This document shows, one piece after another, positions 46,007 through 54,948 of a stretch of 64,000 nucleotides of DNA (within the stretch, counting starts at the first letter, position 1; each line of letters starts with the position of its first letter). The stretch is taken from the IMG/VR virus record IMGVR_UViG_2558309062_000001, positions 1 through 64,000 of that record. One strand, written 5' to 3'. The notes beneath the pieces are model-generated. The model ran no database searches. It was not told the DNA's origin and saw only the letters and a program-made list of their open reading frames with translations. Position numbers and translations under genes: made by a program. The DNA is from a virus. Lineage: Duplodnaviria; Caudoviricetes.

Positions 46007-46423
46007 TCAGCAGTCCCAGGTCAGTTCTTTGATGTAGTCGCCGCCCGAGCACAGATGCTCGTCGTTGATCGTGTCTACGTCCTTGAGATCCTCCAGAGCA
46101 GCCTTGGCATGCTCGATCGCTAACTGGGCATGGCCCATCTGGCGACGCTTTCGCACCTTGTAGCTGTGGAGCGCATGAGATTTTTCGGGGTAAGCGAACC
46201 GGCGACCGGACACCTTCAGCACGCGCTTCGCATACTTCGGCATGGTTCCGCGCTTCAAGTGTTCAAGGGCAACATGCTCACAGGACGGCGGTACGATCCA
46301 GTAACAGTGTTCGCTTTCGCGGATCACGACGAAGCGTTTGCAAACGATGGTCACCCCTTCAGGGCTTATCTCGTCGATGTATCGGAAGTGGTCCGGCCAA
46401 GCCGGTTGCTTTTCTGCAGGCAT
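46007..46423 (-). CDS. Hypothetical protein
   Basis: ATG after the AAGGA of the repeat-like unit; replaces the nuclease-fold gene of prophage 1. Confidence 0.65.
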   Translation of the reverse strand: MPAEKQPAWPDHFRYIDEISPEGVTIVCKRFVVIRESEHCYWIVPPSCEHVALEHLKRGTMPKYAKRVLKVSGRRFAYPEKSHALHSYKVRKRRQMGHAQLAIEHAKAALEDLKDVDTINDEHLCSGGDYIKELTWDC

Positions 46424-46429
46424 GACTTC

Positions 46430-46459
46430 GTCCTTGGCCGCCATATCGCGGCAGTGAAT
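46430..46459 (-). repeat. Solitary type I-F CRISPR-repeat-like unit, copy 2
   Basis: Minus strand ATTCACTGCCGCGATATGGCGGCCAAGGAC. Confidence 0.55.
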
Positions 46460-46473
46460 AGAGGGGAGAGGGT

Positions 46474-46626
46474 TTAGAAATCGAGAGAGTATTCAGCCAA
46501 GTAGGCTTCTTGCGGGGTCTGTCCGCGCGCCCAGTTGTATTCCTTCCACAGCTCTGGCATGCCGGGCGTATGGCCATGCTTTGCGGCCAAAGCCACCAAT
46601 TCTTCCCACCACTGTTCCCAGCTCAT
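46474..46626 (-). CDS. 50-aa Trp-rich acidic protein, copy 2
   Basis: Same sequence as 5945..6097. Confidence 0.7.
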   Translation of the reverse strand: MSWEQWWEELVALAAKHGHTPGMPELWKEYNWARGQTPQEAYLAEYSLDF

Positions 46627-47156
46627 GGCTGGCGCTCCAGGGCGGCACGGGCAACGGTGCCATCTTCGATGAAGTCAGGTTCGTCGCCGCACCAAAGGAT
46701 GTTGAGCGGTTCGCCGCTCACGGTGTCCCAATTTCCGCTTTCGAAGTGGTAATGCTCGCGGTCTGCGTAGAACTTCAGCGCAGCGCGCAGCCGTTCAACC
46801 TCAGCGCTATAGGTCATCGGGCCCAGTCCAACAATCGGAAGCCCAGTAGCCGCCGCATCTCTCTCTGCCTCTTCTTTGGTCCACCAGATGGCAGTACCAA
46901 CCATCCAGGCTATTGGCTCGGGGTGGGGCTGCGGGGCTGGCGCCTGTCCAGCGATCTGCGCGACTCCAATCCGCAAGTGCTGGCGAGCTTGGGCATGGGC
47001 CATTTCGTGGGACGTGGCTTCACGAACTGAGTATGGCAGGCCTCCATCAACTTTCCTGAACACCCAGCCGTAATGGCTGAGGTTCTTGTCCATCTGGATC
47101 AGGTGCAGGCCGTCGTCGCAGGCTATCCAGCCGTGGGCGTCGTTGTTCTGTGGCAT
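46623..47156 (-). CDS. Mosaic hypothetical phage protein
   Basis: AGGAG SD; EPIAW and EVERLRAALKFYAD...ARAALE modules. Confidence 0.7.
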   Translation of the reverse strand: MPQNNDAHGWIACDDGLHLIQMDKNLSHYGWVFRKVDGGLPYSVREATSHEMAHAQARQHLRIGVAQIAGQAPAPQPHPEPIAWMVGTAIWWTKEEAERDAAATGLPIVGLGPMTYSAEVERLRAALKFYADREHYHFESGNWDTVSGEPLNILWCGDEPDFIEDGTVARAALERQP

Positions 47157-47168
47157 GGGTAACTCCTG

Positions 47169-47402
47169 TTAACGTGCGCCAGGCGAAGGCAGTGAACGCT
47201 CTGATTCAATGAACCCGGTGGACGAAGCATCGGCCCCAGTAGCGACGATGAAGGCAACCTCCACCTTGGCCGAGTCGACCAGCACCTTCCCGACGTCAGC
47301 AATCGCCTTGGCACGGTCGATGTCCATGGGGTTATCCCGATCCTGAAGCGCTTCCAGGGTGGCAAAGAGGTGATTACGGAGGTCAGTCATCTTGTTTTTC
47401 AC
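47169..47402 (-). CDS. Hypothetical protein (KMTDLRNHLFATLEAL family)
   Basis: Usual downstream partner of this HNH type; RAKAI..V...LVDSAKVE. Confidence 0.7.
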   Translation of the reverse strand: MKNKMTDLRNHLFATLEALQDRDNPMDIDRAKAIADVGKVLVDSAKVEVAFIVATGADASSTGFIESERSLPSPGAR

Positions 47403-48093
47403 TGGTAGCCTCGCTGATAGCTCGCTTGAGCTTGCTGAGTTGGCGGATGGTCGACTTGAGCTCAGGCGGATACCGGTGGATGGTATTGCGGCGCATGTTC
47501 TCGGCGCGGCTGACCAGTTCCAAGTTATCGAGCTCAATGTTTTTTGGGTTGCGATCCTTGAACACCACCAGGTGGCCTGGCGGGATCTCGCCATGGGCTT
47601 CTTCCCACAGCAGGGAATGCACCGACTTCCAGCGGCGATACGATGGGCCGTCATCGCATACTTTCCGCTGCCGTATGCCGTCCTCGGTGACCCGCTCCGT
47701 TCCTACTGGCTGCCAAGTGTGAGGCTTGTTGCCCTTTCGGAACTGGGTGGCCTCGCCTCCAATCTGCAGACCCTTCAGGCCCTTGTTCCACGGTTCCTGG
47801 CCGGGCCTGAACCGATATTCGATTCCAGGGTTGTCATCCCGTCGCAGGCGGCATGCATGCTCGCTGGCGAGATACTCGGCGCTTCGAGCAAGCCCCAAGG
47901 CATGAGCCTTGTTGTATATGGCGTGGTCGGGGCGATTGAATGTGCGGACCAGGTCCGGCATTGGGGTGTCGGGGTACAGCGCCCGGAGCCTGGCCACCTC
48001 CGCGTCTGTCCAAAATCTACGCGACGGCTCGGGCGAGTCCTTCACAAGCCGTCGCCTTGCGTCTTGCAAGGCCTGCAGGGCGATTGGGTTCAT
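47383..48093 (-). CDS. HNH endonuclease-domain protein with N-terminal Myb-like HTH
   Basis: WTDAEV..L..LY; H.LLWE..HG.IP.G..V.FKD.N..N...DNLELVSR. Confidence 0.8.
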   Translation of the reverse strand: MNPIALQALQDARRRLVKDSPEPSRRFWTDAEVARLRALYPDTPMPDLVRTFNRPDHAIYNKAHALGLARSAEYLASEHACRLRRDDNPGIEYRFRPGQEPWNKGLKGLQIGGEATQFRKGNKPHTWQPVGTERVTEDGIRQRKVCDDGPSYRRWKSVHSLLWEEAHGEIPPGHLVVFKDRNPKNIELDNLELVSRAENMRRNTIHRYPPELKSTIRQLSKLKRAISEATSEKQDD

Positions 48094-48161
48094 GGTTGAT
48101 CCTCGCCGGGGAGGCGTTCATCGTTTGAGAGGGGAAGGCGCTGGCGGGCAGCGCCGGAGGG

Positions 48162-48587
48162 TCAGGCGGCGACAGCGTTCTCGAACTTGATCAGAAGGCT
48201 CCGGCTGTCGTTGGTGCAGCCATCTTCTTTGACCCGGTAGGTGGCTGGCTCGTAATCGTAGATTCCAGTGATTACGCCCTGCGTGATGCGAGTTCCAATA
48301 GGCAGCGGAGGTTGTGGGTTATGCGCCTCAGCCCATGCTTTCACGGCCTTGCGCTCCGCCTGATCAACCAGGGCATCGACCTCATCCAGCGCTTCCATGT
48401 CATCCCTGGTGGTGTCCCAGTAGGCGTATTTGTCGAGCTCCTTCGCCAGTTCGAAGCCATCCATGTGGCGTCGGTAGTGCTGGGCGATCGTCTCGGCATC
48501 GGCGCCGTTCAGCTTCTCAGCTACCACCTTGCAGGCTTCCAGGATCATTGCCTTGTCGGCTGTAGGGCGTGGCGGGATGTTCTGCAT
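48162..48587 (-). CDS. Hypothetical protein
   Basis: AGGAG SD; 141 aa. Confidence 0.7.
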   Translation of the reverse strand: MQNIPPRPTADKAMILEACKVVAEKLNGADAETIAQHYRRHMDGFELAKELDKYAYWDTTRDDMEALDEVDALVDQAERKAVKAWAEAHNPQPPLPIGTRITQGVITGIYDYEPATYRVKEDGCTNDSRSLLIKFENAVAA

Positions 48588-48660
48588 ACGGAATCTCCTG
48601 GGAATGCACCGCCCTCCGTGCAGATGGCGGAATGGTGGCAATTTGGTTTGGGATGGGGTA

Positions 48661-48999
48661 TTACGAAGGACGATCGATTTCGTCGTCAGCGTCTTGGTCT
48701 GGATCGGAAATGATCTTGCGAACGCTGGCGTCGTTGAATGCTTGCACCACGTTTTAGCTAAGTAGGATTTCGTGGCGCATCATTAGGAATTTGTTCAGTT
48801 CATCGTCGGCCATGGCGTCCATCTTGAGGATCGCCATCTGCAGAACCTCATTGATCTGCATGCCCTTGGATCGCTCGCAGATACGCTCCATCGCCTGATG
48901 AATTCCAGGCCGTACCCGATGCCTCAGCGCCTTCTCGTCGAACTTGATGCGCTTTCTCTCAGCGTTGTCATTACGCTGCTGCTGCGTCAGAGCCATCAT
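48661..48999 (-). pseudogene. Basic phage protein gene with a probable premature stop at 48754..48756
   Basis: Frame continues for 30 codons after TAA (NVVQAFNDASVRK...DDEIDRPS). Confidence 0.5.
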
Positions 49000-49363
49000 C
49001 GCCTCCATTGCGCACAAAGCGGGTGCCCGGGCTGATATCCAGCAGGTCGCACACCCGGTTGATGATCTTCAGCGCGGCGTCGAACACCTTGGCGTCGTCA
49101 GGCTCGCGGGCCAGGCGCTTCATGTTCGGCTGATGCTCCAGGCAGACCTTGTCGACCAAGCGGCGGGCCAACCTGCGCAGGTGATCCGCGCTGTCGTGCA
49201 TGCGCAGGCTCAGCGCGAATGCCAGGACCACATCATCAGGCCGGTACTGGCCGCCGCTGCGGGTGATGTACAGCTTTCGGGCCGGCTTGCGAATCGATGC
49301 GTCGAAAAGGGATGCCATGCTCGACCTCCTGCAGGCCACTTGGTGGAAGGTGGAAATGCTCAC
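48971..49363 (-). CDS. Hypothetical protein
   Basis: Coupled to the HNH gene stop; start uncertain (49363 or 49318). Confidence 0.6.
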   Translation of the reverse strand: MSISTFHQVACRRSSMASLFDASIRKPARKLYITRSGGQYRPDDVVLAFALSLRMHDSADHLRRLARRLVDKVCLEHQPNMKRLAREPDDAKVFDAALKIINRVCDLLDISPGTRFVRNGGDDGSDAAAA

Positions 49364-49923
49364 GCCGCCTTGTTCTTTGCAGCGCGTTTCGGATTTTTCT
49401 GTTCAATCTCAAGATCCATGTTTGAAGCAATGCGTTGCCATCGAAAGCCATGGTGAGTCCTCTTCTTGCCAAGGCATACCGCCGAGACGGCGCCCTGGCA
49501 AAAGCCCATGTTTTTTGTGGCTGACATTGAAGGGAAGTAGTACCCAACCGCCCCGCTGACCGGTATCGCAACCACTGCGATTACCTGGGACTTAAGGCCT
49601 GAATACAGCGCGTGCCGATTGTTCTCGCTGTAGCTAGTCCATTCGAGGTTTTCGGTTCGGTTGTTGAGTTTGTCGCCATCCTTGTGGTTTACGGTTGGAA
49701 AACCATCGGGGTTTTCAAGAAAGGCCTCAGCAACCAGTCGGTGGATCTTCGTAGACTTTTGCGATCCGTTTTTCAGAAGGTTAACGGAATGGTATCCAGC
49801 ACTATCGCCGGGCTTCAGGATGATTGGGTCTCGCCCTTTGAGGCTGCACACCCGCCCATGACTTGAGACCCAGTATTCGCCGTCGTAGCCATCAATTACT
49901 CGCCATCTTTCTGGGCTTTTCAT
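49360..49923 (-). CDS. NUMOD4-HNH homing-type endonuclease
   Basis: ERWRVIDGYDGEYWVSSHGRV; HRLVAEAF...VNHKDGDKLNN..ENLEW...EN..HA; lower GC. Confidence 0.88.
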   Translation of the reverse strand: MKSPERWRVIDGYDGEYWVSSHGRVCSLKGRDPIILKPGDSAGYHSVNLLKNGSQKSTKIHRLVAEAFLENPDGFPTVNHKDGDKLNNRTENLEWTSYSENNRHALYSGLKSQVIAVVAIPVSGAVGYYFPSMSATKNMGFCQGAVSAVCLGKKRTHHGFRWQRIASNMDLEIEQKNPKRAAKNKAA

Positions 49924-50083
49924 GTCTTGACCCCAACTCAATATCCGCGTCGTTAAATCCTGCAAGCCACCAGGCTCCATGGACGCTTGAAGGTGAAAAT
50001 GGGTTGGCCATCTTGCCGCCACCGTTTCGGCGGCATTCTCGGCCAAGGTAGTAGACGCTGGGGTGCTTGCCGTGCTCGTTCAT
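49892..50083 (-). CDS. Small Rmf/CrpP-fold-like protein
   Basis: YYLG....NG....NPF.......WWLAGF pattern. Confidence 0.5.
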   Translation of the reverse strand: MNEHGKHPSVYYLGRECRRNGGGKMANPFSPSSVHGAWWLAGFNDADIELGSRHEKPRKMASN

Positions 50084-50086
50084 GGC

Positions 50087-50599
50087 CTACCCCTGGCGCC
50101 GCTGAACTGGAAAATCAATGCCGAACTCATCGAGGATCCGCACAAGCCGACAGTTGCCGATACCCAGCTCAGACGTGGTCCGGCATCTGGACTTGCCTGC
50201 ATCACGCATGGCAATGATCTTGTCGGCCAGGTCGCGATCCTCCTGGCTCGGTTCGGCATTTACCTTCAGCGGTCTGGCTGACTTAGGCGGGTTGAAGAAT
50301 CTGAATCCTCCCCGCGCCGCTACGCCCCATAGAGCGGTCTTGGTTTCGCCCAGGAGCTCTGCGACCTCACCACAGGTCATGGTCTTGGCGAGCTCTTCGA
50401 TCTTGGCTGTGCGGGCCTTGGCGCGGCTTTTGCGCTCGCCGGCGCGCTCCTGCTTGATTGGCTTGGCCCGCTTTGGCTTTGGTTCGGGATGCTTGCGCTG
50501 CCGAAATGGCACGTATTCGAAGCCCTCCAGCACGACCAGCTGGCCGCCAGATGCGAAGAAGGCAGCCTTCGCTGCCTCCAGGTCGATTGATTGATCCAT
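50087..50599 (-). CDS. Hypothetical HTH protein
   Basis: LEAAKAAFFASGG; MTCGEVAELLG. Confidence 0.7.
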   Translation of the reverse strand: MDQSIDLEAAKAAFFASGGQLVVLEGFEYVPFRQRKHPEPKPKRAKPIKQERAGERKSRAKARTAKIEELAKTMTCGEVAELLGETKTALWGVAARGGFRFFNPPKSARPLKVNAEPSQEDRDLADKIIAMRDAGKSRCRTTSELGIGNCRLVRILDEFGIDFPVQRRQG

Positions 50600-50606
50600 G
50601 GGCGCC

Positions 50607-51170
50607 TCACTTGATGCGGATCGAGCTCTCGCCGCGCTCAAGATGCGCCCAGCCTGGCTCGGGGATGAGTTCGTGCTTGCAGTCTTCGCCTGCGGCCATG
50701 CGCTTGCGGACAGCTTCGTTGTGCTCGCGGTCGGCCTTGAGCTTGGCGGCGATGGCGTTCTTGTCCGGTGCGATTTTGGTCACCACCGACGTCAGCTCAT
50801 CGGGTACCGCCTGCTCGTTATCGACGATCACCTTTTCCTTTCCGGCTACCAGGCTGATGGTGAACAGCGGGCGCTTGATCGACTTGATGTTTGCGGCATC
50901 CATGTTCCGGCGCAGGTAGTCGGTGATGGCTGTCACGCTGTTGGCCTTGATGCGCTTGAGCTCGCTCAGGCGGTTGATCTCGGCGTCGATCGCGCCAATG
51001 TCGCCCTCGATGTTGCGGCGCAGCATCACGATGCTGTCGGCCTTAACCTCGAATTCGCCCTGGATACCGGCCATGGTGTCCTGAATGGCCTGCTTGAGAC
51101 CTTCGTCGTCGGTGTCACACATGGCAGCCAATTCGGCCATCTGACCGGTGAGTGCGTAGAGCTGGGTCAT
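50607..51170 (-). CDS. Siphovirus Gp157-family protein
   Basis: LY.LT...K...I...I.AEI.RL...PDKNAI...GWAHLERGESSIRIK. Confidence 0.85.
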   Translation of the reverse strand: MTQLYALTGQMAELAAMCDTDDEGLKQAIQDTMAGIQGEFEVKADSIVMLRRNIEGDIGAIDAEINRLSELKRIKANSVTAITDYLRRNMDAANIKSIKRPLFTISLVAGKEKVIVDNEQAVPDELTSVVTKIAPDKNAIAAKLKADREHNEAVRKRMAAGEDCKHELIPEPGWAHLERGESSIRIK

Positions 51171-51898
51171 GCTGCGGCCTCCTGCGGTTTGCCGGCTTCG
51201 AGGTTCTTCAATTCAAGGGAGATACGGGCGGCGCCTTTCTCATCCTTGCGGCCGATGAGCTTGCGCACGGCATGGTCGTGGATCTTCTTGCGCTCATGCG
51301 GCGTCACCGCCCTCTGCATGGTCTCGATCGTGTCCTTGATGAAGTCCAGGCGCTGTTGCTGTTGGCGTTCGATCTCGGCCTGACGGTCCTCGGCCTGTTC
51401 AATCGCCTGCTCAGCCTGTAGTTGCTGGACGTAGTTCACGTCATCGAACATGCCCAGGAACACGTCCGCGCTGAAGCCCAGCATGGACAGGGCTTTCTTG
51501 ATGGCGTCGGTCAGCGACTTCTTCGGCGCCTCGCCATCAGTGGTCATGCCGTACTTGGTCTTGTACTGGTACCGGGTGCACCCGTACTGCTCGACCTCGC
51601 CGCGCTGGCCGTCCTGCATGAACCAGAGCTGGATCTTGACGGTGTGGCCGATCTCCCGGCCCAAGCAGATTCGCTTGTCGCCTTCACCGGAAAACACCTC
51701 GTGGCCGTCGTCGAATCGCTCTTCGAGGACCTTCCAACCCCAGCCGATGCCGACCGGTCCGAACACTTCGGTCGCCTTCATGACCATCGCGGTGCCGTTC
51801 AGGCTTGTGATCTTCTGGCCGCCGACCTCGGCGTTCTTGGTGTAGCGGGTATCGGTGGTCTGCACCTGCTCCCAGATGCGCATGTTGGTAGTGGACAT
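51167..51898 (-). CDS. Putative Rad52/Sak-like single-strand annealing protein
   Basis: ATEVFGPVGIGWG...KKSLTDAIKKALSMLGFSADVF; next to gp157. Confidence 0.7.
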   Translation of the reverse strand: MSTTNMRIWEQVQTTDTRYTKNAEVGGQKITSLNGTAMVMKATEVFGPVGIGWGWKVLEERFDDGHEVFSGEGDKRICLGREIGHTVKIQLWFMQDGQRGEVEQYGCTRYQYKTKYGMTTDGEAPKKSLTDAIKKALSMLGFSADVFLGMFDDVNYVQQLQAEQAIEQAEDRQAEIERQQQQRLDFIKDTIETMQRAVTPHERKKIHDHAVRKLIGRKDEKGAARISLELKNLEAGKPQEAAA

Positions 51899-52074
51899 TG
51901 GTACACCTCGCGCCAGGCCGGCGCCGTCAGTTGAAAGGGGAAATGCCAGGTCACCCAGGCACGGAGGTACGCTCCAGGCCCTGGCTGCGGTGGATGGTTG
52001 CGCGCTCTCGCCGCTTACGCTCCTGGTAGGTCCGGTTATCCCCTAGGGGCCCGCCGGGCTCGGGTGCGTGTGAT

Positions 52075-52191
52075 TCAGGAAGTGATGCTGCCAGCCAGTG
52101 CGCTGGCGAGCATGAAGAAGGTGCAGGCGAAGAGCATGGAGAAGGAGCCGCGCCAGATGACCAGGCGGCGGGCGCGTTGGTAACTGGTCAT
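52075..52191 (-). CDS. 38-aa membrane peptide
   Basis: MTSYQRARR followed by a hydrophobic helix. Confidence 0.55.
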   Translation of the reverse strand: MTSYQRARRLVIWRGSFSMLFACTFFMLASALAGSITS

Positions 52192-52195
52192 GGCT

Positions 52196-52417
52196 TCACC
52201 CTGGAAGTGTTGGCTTGGGGATGCGCTTGAAGTTTTGAACTGGCTGAAGCTTCGAGACGCCGTACCAGTGGCACTGCGGGTTCTTCGCGATTGATCGCAT
52301 GGAGGCAAGAATGCACTCTTTGTGCATTGGGCCTCGGAACCCACCGCCCAGATAATGGCGTAGCCGCTCATTGAACTTGATCAGATCAAGATTGCTGTGG
52401 AAGTAGCGTTCGCTCAT
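52196..52417 (-). CDS. Hypothetical protein
   Basis: ATGA coupling. Confidence 0.5.
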   Translation of the reverse strand: MSERYFHSNLDLIKFNERLRHYLGGGFRGPMHKECILASMRSIAKNPQCHWYGVSKLQPVQNFKRIPKPTLPG

Positions 52418-52629
52418 GCCCGCACCTCATAGGCCAGAGTGCACATGCCGCAGAGATAGGCCCGGCCCGACCAGGCTGCCGGGTTCTCGATGTGAGCCAT
52501 GCGCGCCTGATTCATGGCGTCCTCCATGTTCAGGCCCTTGAACACCAGCAGGATGCGGTCATCTGGCACAGCCTGGGCAGCCTCGGCCACTTGGTCGTCG
52601 ATTAACGACGGGAAGATCGGCGTGGTCAT
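52414..52629 (-). CDS. Hypothetical protein
   Basis: GGAGG SD; ATGA coupling. Confidence 0.6.
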   Translation of the reverse strand: MTTPIFPSLIDDQVAEAAQAVPDDRILLVFKGLNMEDAMNQARMAHIENPAAWSGRAYLCGMCTLAYEVRA

Positions 52630-53159
52630 GATGCCTCCTGCTTGCGGTAGCCAGCGTCCCAAAGGTCCCGGACAACGTCCTCATGGATCATCAATTCTTG
52701 CAGGTGACTGGCGCCGTGGGTTCCAAGAGGGTGATCTTTGATATGGCGAATCATTTCGTTCAGCCCTGCATGGCGCTCTTGCTCTGGCGTAGGCATGGGG
52801 CGGAAGTTGCTCGACCAACATAGAAGGCGCCCTTCGCCGTGCACAACTGCCGCCGAACTAATGAATTCGGGGTGGTGCCAGATCACATGGCAATCAACCC
52901 ACAGTTCATCTCTTCCTTTGATAAGAGCCTGACACTTGGTATCAACGGGAGGGCGACCAGCATTAGGCCAGCCGTTTGGATCCGTGAACACTTTGAAGCG
53001 TTTGCCCTCGTCAGACTTGGCCCAGGGGCGCCCCACCTGATCGATGTACAAATCACCAGAATCCTTGTGCCAGCCTGCAGGCCACGCTTCAAATCCTTGC
53101 ATCGGGATGATCCAGAGTGGATATCCATCTGGCTTGGCAGCCCAATCAATTTTGCTCAT
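52626..53159 (-). CDS. Hypothetical Trp-rich protein (IDW..KP family)
   Basis: 177 aa, coupled; lower GC. Confidence 0.65.
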   Translation of the reverse strand: MSKIDWAAKPDGYPLWIIPMQGFEAWPAGWHKDSGDLYIDQVGRPWAKSDEGKRFKVFTDPNGWPNAGRPPVDTKCQALIKGRDELWVDCHVIWHHPEFISSAAVVHGEGRLLCWSSNFRPMPTPEQERHAGLNEMIRHIKDHPLGTHGASHLQELMIHEDVVRDLWDAGYRKQEAS

Positions 53160-53350
53160 GCGACCTCCTTGCGCCCATCAACGATCTTGTTGAGGCGCCT
53201 GCAGTAGTGGTTGAACTCTTCGATGGTGATGCGCTGGTCGGCCAGCATTTCCGTTAAGAGCTTGAGCACCATGGCCTGCCAGGACAGTGGCGTCTCAGGG
53301 TGAGACATGGCCTCAAGCTCTTCGTCGATCAGGACGTGCGGGCTTTTCAT
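53156..53350 (-). CDS. Hypothetical protein
   Basis: GGAGG SD; coupled. Confidence 0.65.
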   Translation of the reverse strand: MKSPHVLIDEELEAMSHPETPLSWQAMVLKLLTEMLADQRITIEEFNHYCRRLNKIVDGRKEVA

Positions 53351-53769
53351 TCGGCCTCCTCGGCCTGGGCCAGAACTCCTTCCTTCGCAAAGGGCGTGAG
53401 CAGCTGGCGTGCAATCTCTTCCAGCGCTGCCTCGGGGTTGGCCACGCTCATGATCTCGTCAGCCGCTGCCTTTGCATCGCTGGTGACCTTTGAGCGCGCC
53501 GCCAGAACCAGGCGGCCCAGCACCGAGTTGCTGATGCCATTCAGGCCCAGCTGGCCCATAACGAACTCATCCACCGCCTGGGCGAAGCGCTCATAGGTGA
53601 CGCCCTGTTTCGGTCGCATCCGGCGCTGGAACACGAAGTCTCGGCGCGCCATCAGCTCAGCGATACCGTCGTCGATCCAGCGTGCCTCTGCCTGCTCAGC
53701 CGCGCTTTCGCTTACCGGCGGAGGCAACTGGTTGTCGTACTGCCATTGTGCTGCTCGAAGTGCGCCCAT
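53347..53769 (-). CDS. Hypothetical protein
   Basis: GGAGG SD; AQWQYDNQLPP. Confidence 0.7.
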   Translation of the reverse strand: MGALRAAQWQYDNQLPPPVSESAAEQAEARWIDDGIAELMARRDFVFQRRMRPKQGVTYERFAQAVDEFVMGQLGLNGISNSVLGRLVLAARSKVTSDAKAAADEIMSVANPEAALEEIARQLLTPFAKEGVLAQAEEAE

Positions 53770-53781
53770 GGTCGCCTCCAG

Positions 53782-54027
53782 TTACGGTTGGGATGCTCGA
53801 TAGCGCCGCATGAGGCCTTTTGTCAGGCGCTGCATGATTCGCGGGTATCGGTCGGGGTGGTGAAGCCGGCATGGCAGTTCATAGCGGCCAATGTCGTCTT
53901 CGCAGTAGTCGCAATCGCAGTGCTTCCTGAGCATCGCCCGTGCCTCAGCAGCACAAGCAGCGCGCAGCGTGAACCAGCGACGACCGCCGCCACGAAAGAC
54001 AGCGGCTGTCTCGACTGTGACGGCCAT
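53782..54027 (-). CDS. Small Cys/His-containing protein
   Basis: GGAGG SD; CDCDYC...CRLH. Confidence 0.65.
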   Translation of the reverse strand: MAVTVETAAVFRGGGRRWFTLRAACAAEARAMLRKHCDCDYCEDDIGRYELPCRLHHPDRYPRIMQRLTKGLMRRYRASQP

Positions 54028-54047
54028 GATCGCCTCCAGGTGGTGGG

Positions 54048-54302
54048 TTACTCGGTGGGTGGTGAAGGGAGGGGCTGCCAGTGGGTGGGCTCATCGTCTT
54101 CGCAGAAGCCGCCGTCCCAAGACTGCCAATTGGCGCCGGAATCGATCTCGACCTCACCGACGTACTCGCCAGTGGTGTCGTGAAAGTGCGACTCGGACTT
54201 GGCCCACTTGATCCAGGCTCCAGCGGTCACGCGACTACCTTTGCGCAGGATGATTTCAGTGCCGTCGCGCGGCGCCGAAGCAATCGGCTGCCAGCCGCTC
54301 AT
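54048..54302 (-). CDS. DUF551-like protein
   Basis: WQPIASAPRDGT...PTHWQPLPSPP. Confidence 0.8.
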   Translation of the reverse strand: MSGWQPIASAPRDGTEIILRKGSRVTAGAWIKWAKSESHFHDTTGEYVGEVEIDSGANWQSWDGGFCEDDEPTHWQPLPSPPTE

Positions 54303-54511
54303 GGCTTCACCCGGGCGGCGAGCATGGCGTCGGCCAGTTCGTAGCACTCGGCGACAATATCCTCACGCTTGGCATTCGCAGTATTAGGGTCTGCGCACAG
54401 GCCTTGCAGCGCCTTGGCAGCGAAGTAGTCGCGCAGATTCATGCCGTTGAAGTCGTCGTCATGCTGCATGCCAGGCACCGGGAAAGCCGGGCCGCCAGTT
54501 GGTTTGCTCAT
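54299..54511 (-). CDS. Conserved small phage protein
   Basis: GGPAFP...GMNLRDYFAAKALQG...YELADAMLAAR. Confidence 0.8.
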   Translation of the reverse strand: MSKPTGGPAFPVPGMQHDDDFNGMNLRDYFAAKALQGLCADPNTANAKREDIVAECYELADAMLAARVKP

Positions 54512-54531
54512 CGTGTGAACCTCGGTAGCCA

Positions 54532-54945
54532 ACCGCATTGGCCAGGAGCCAGGCGCGGGTGACCAAACCCACCGTGAAAGGTGGCCTGGCGCCTGCCAAT
54601 GCGGTCGTATGTGAAGGGAAGGGGATGCAGAGGCCGGGCACTACCCCGGCAGCTGGCTTGGCGTGGACCCATCCAGCGGCGCAATTCGTTTACCCTCAGA
54701 GCGAGGGAAGGGACGTCCACAGGTGCTTCGGTAACCGCGCCCGGAGCTGGGCGCTTCTCTGCATCGGGGTGTGATCTGGCTGGCAGCGACATCCAGCATC
54801 GGCAACTCACCCGAGGTTGCCTCGGGCCTTTCAGGTGCGGGTCACCCGTCCAGCCGTGTAGCCCTCGCCACAGGGCATTCAGATCACACTCCGATGCAGC
54901 CTGCGATGGGGAGCAGGGCATCGGGCCGTCTTTCCGGCTGTCAGG
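54532..54945 (-). ncRNA. Structured non-coding cassette (long stems enclosing multi-hairpin units)
   Basis: 20-bp inverted repeat 54759..54778/54880..54899; 9-bp repeat 54624..54632/54757..54765; long hairpin 54532..54605. Confidence 0.55.
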
Positions 54946-54948
54946 GAA

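Noticed and set aside
49360-49923. Group I intron or intein-borne homing endonuclease
   Set aside because: Free-standing between overlapping small genes; no split host gene or room for an intron core
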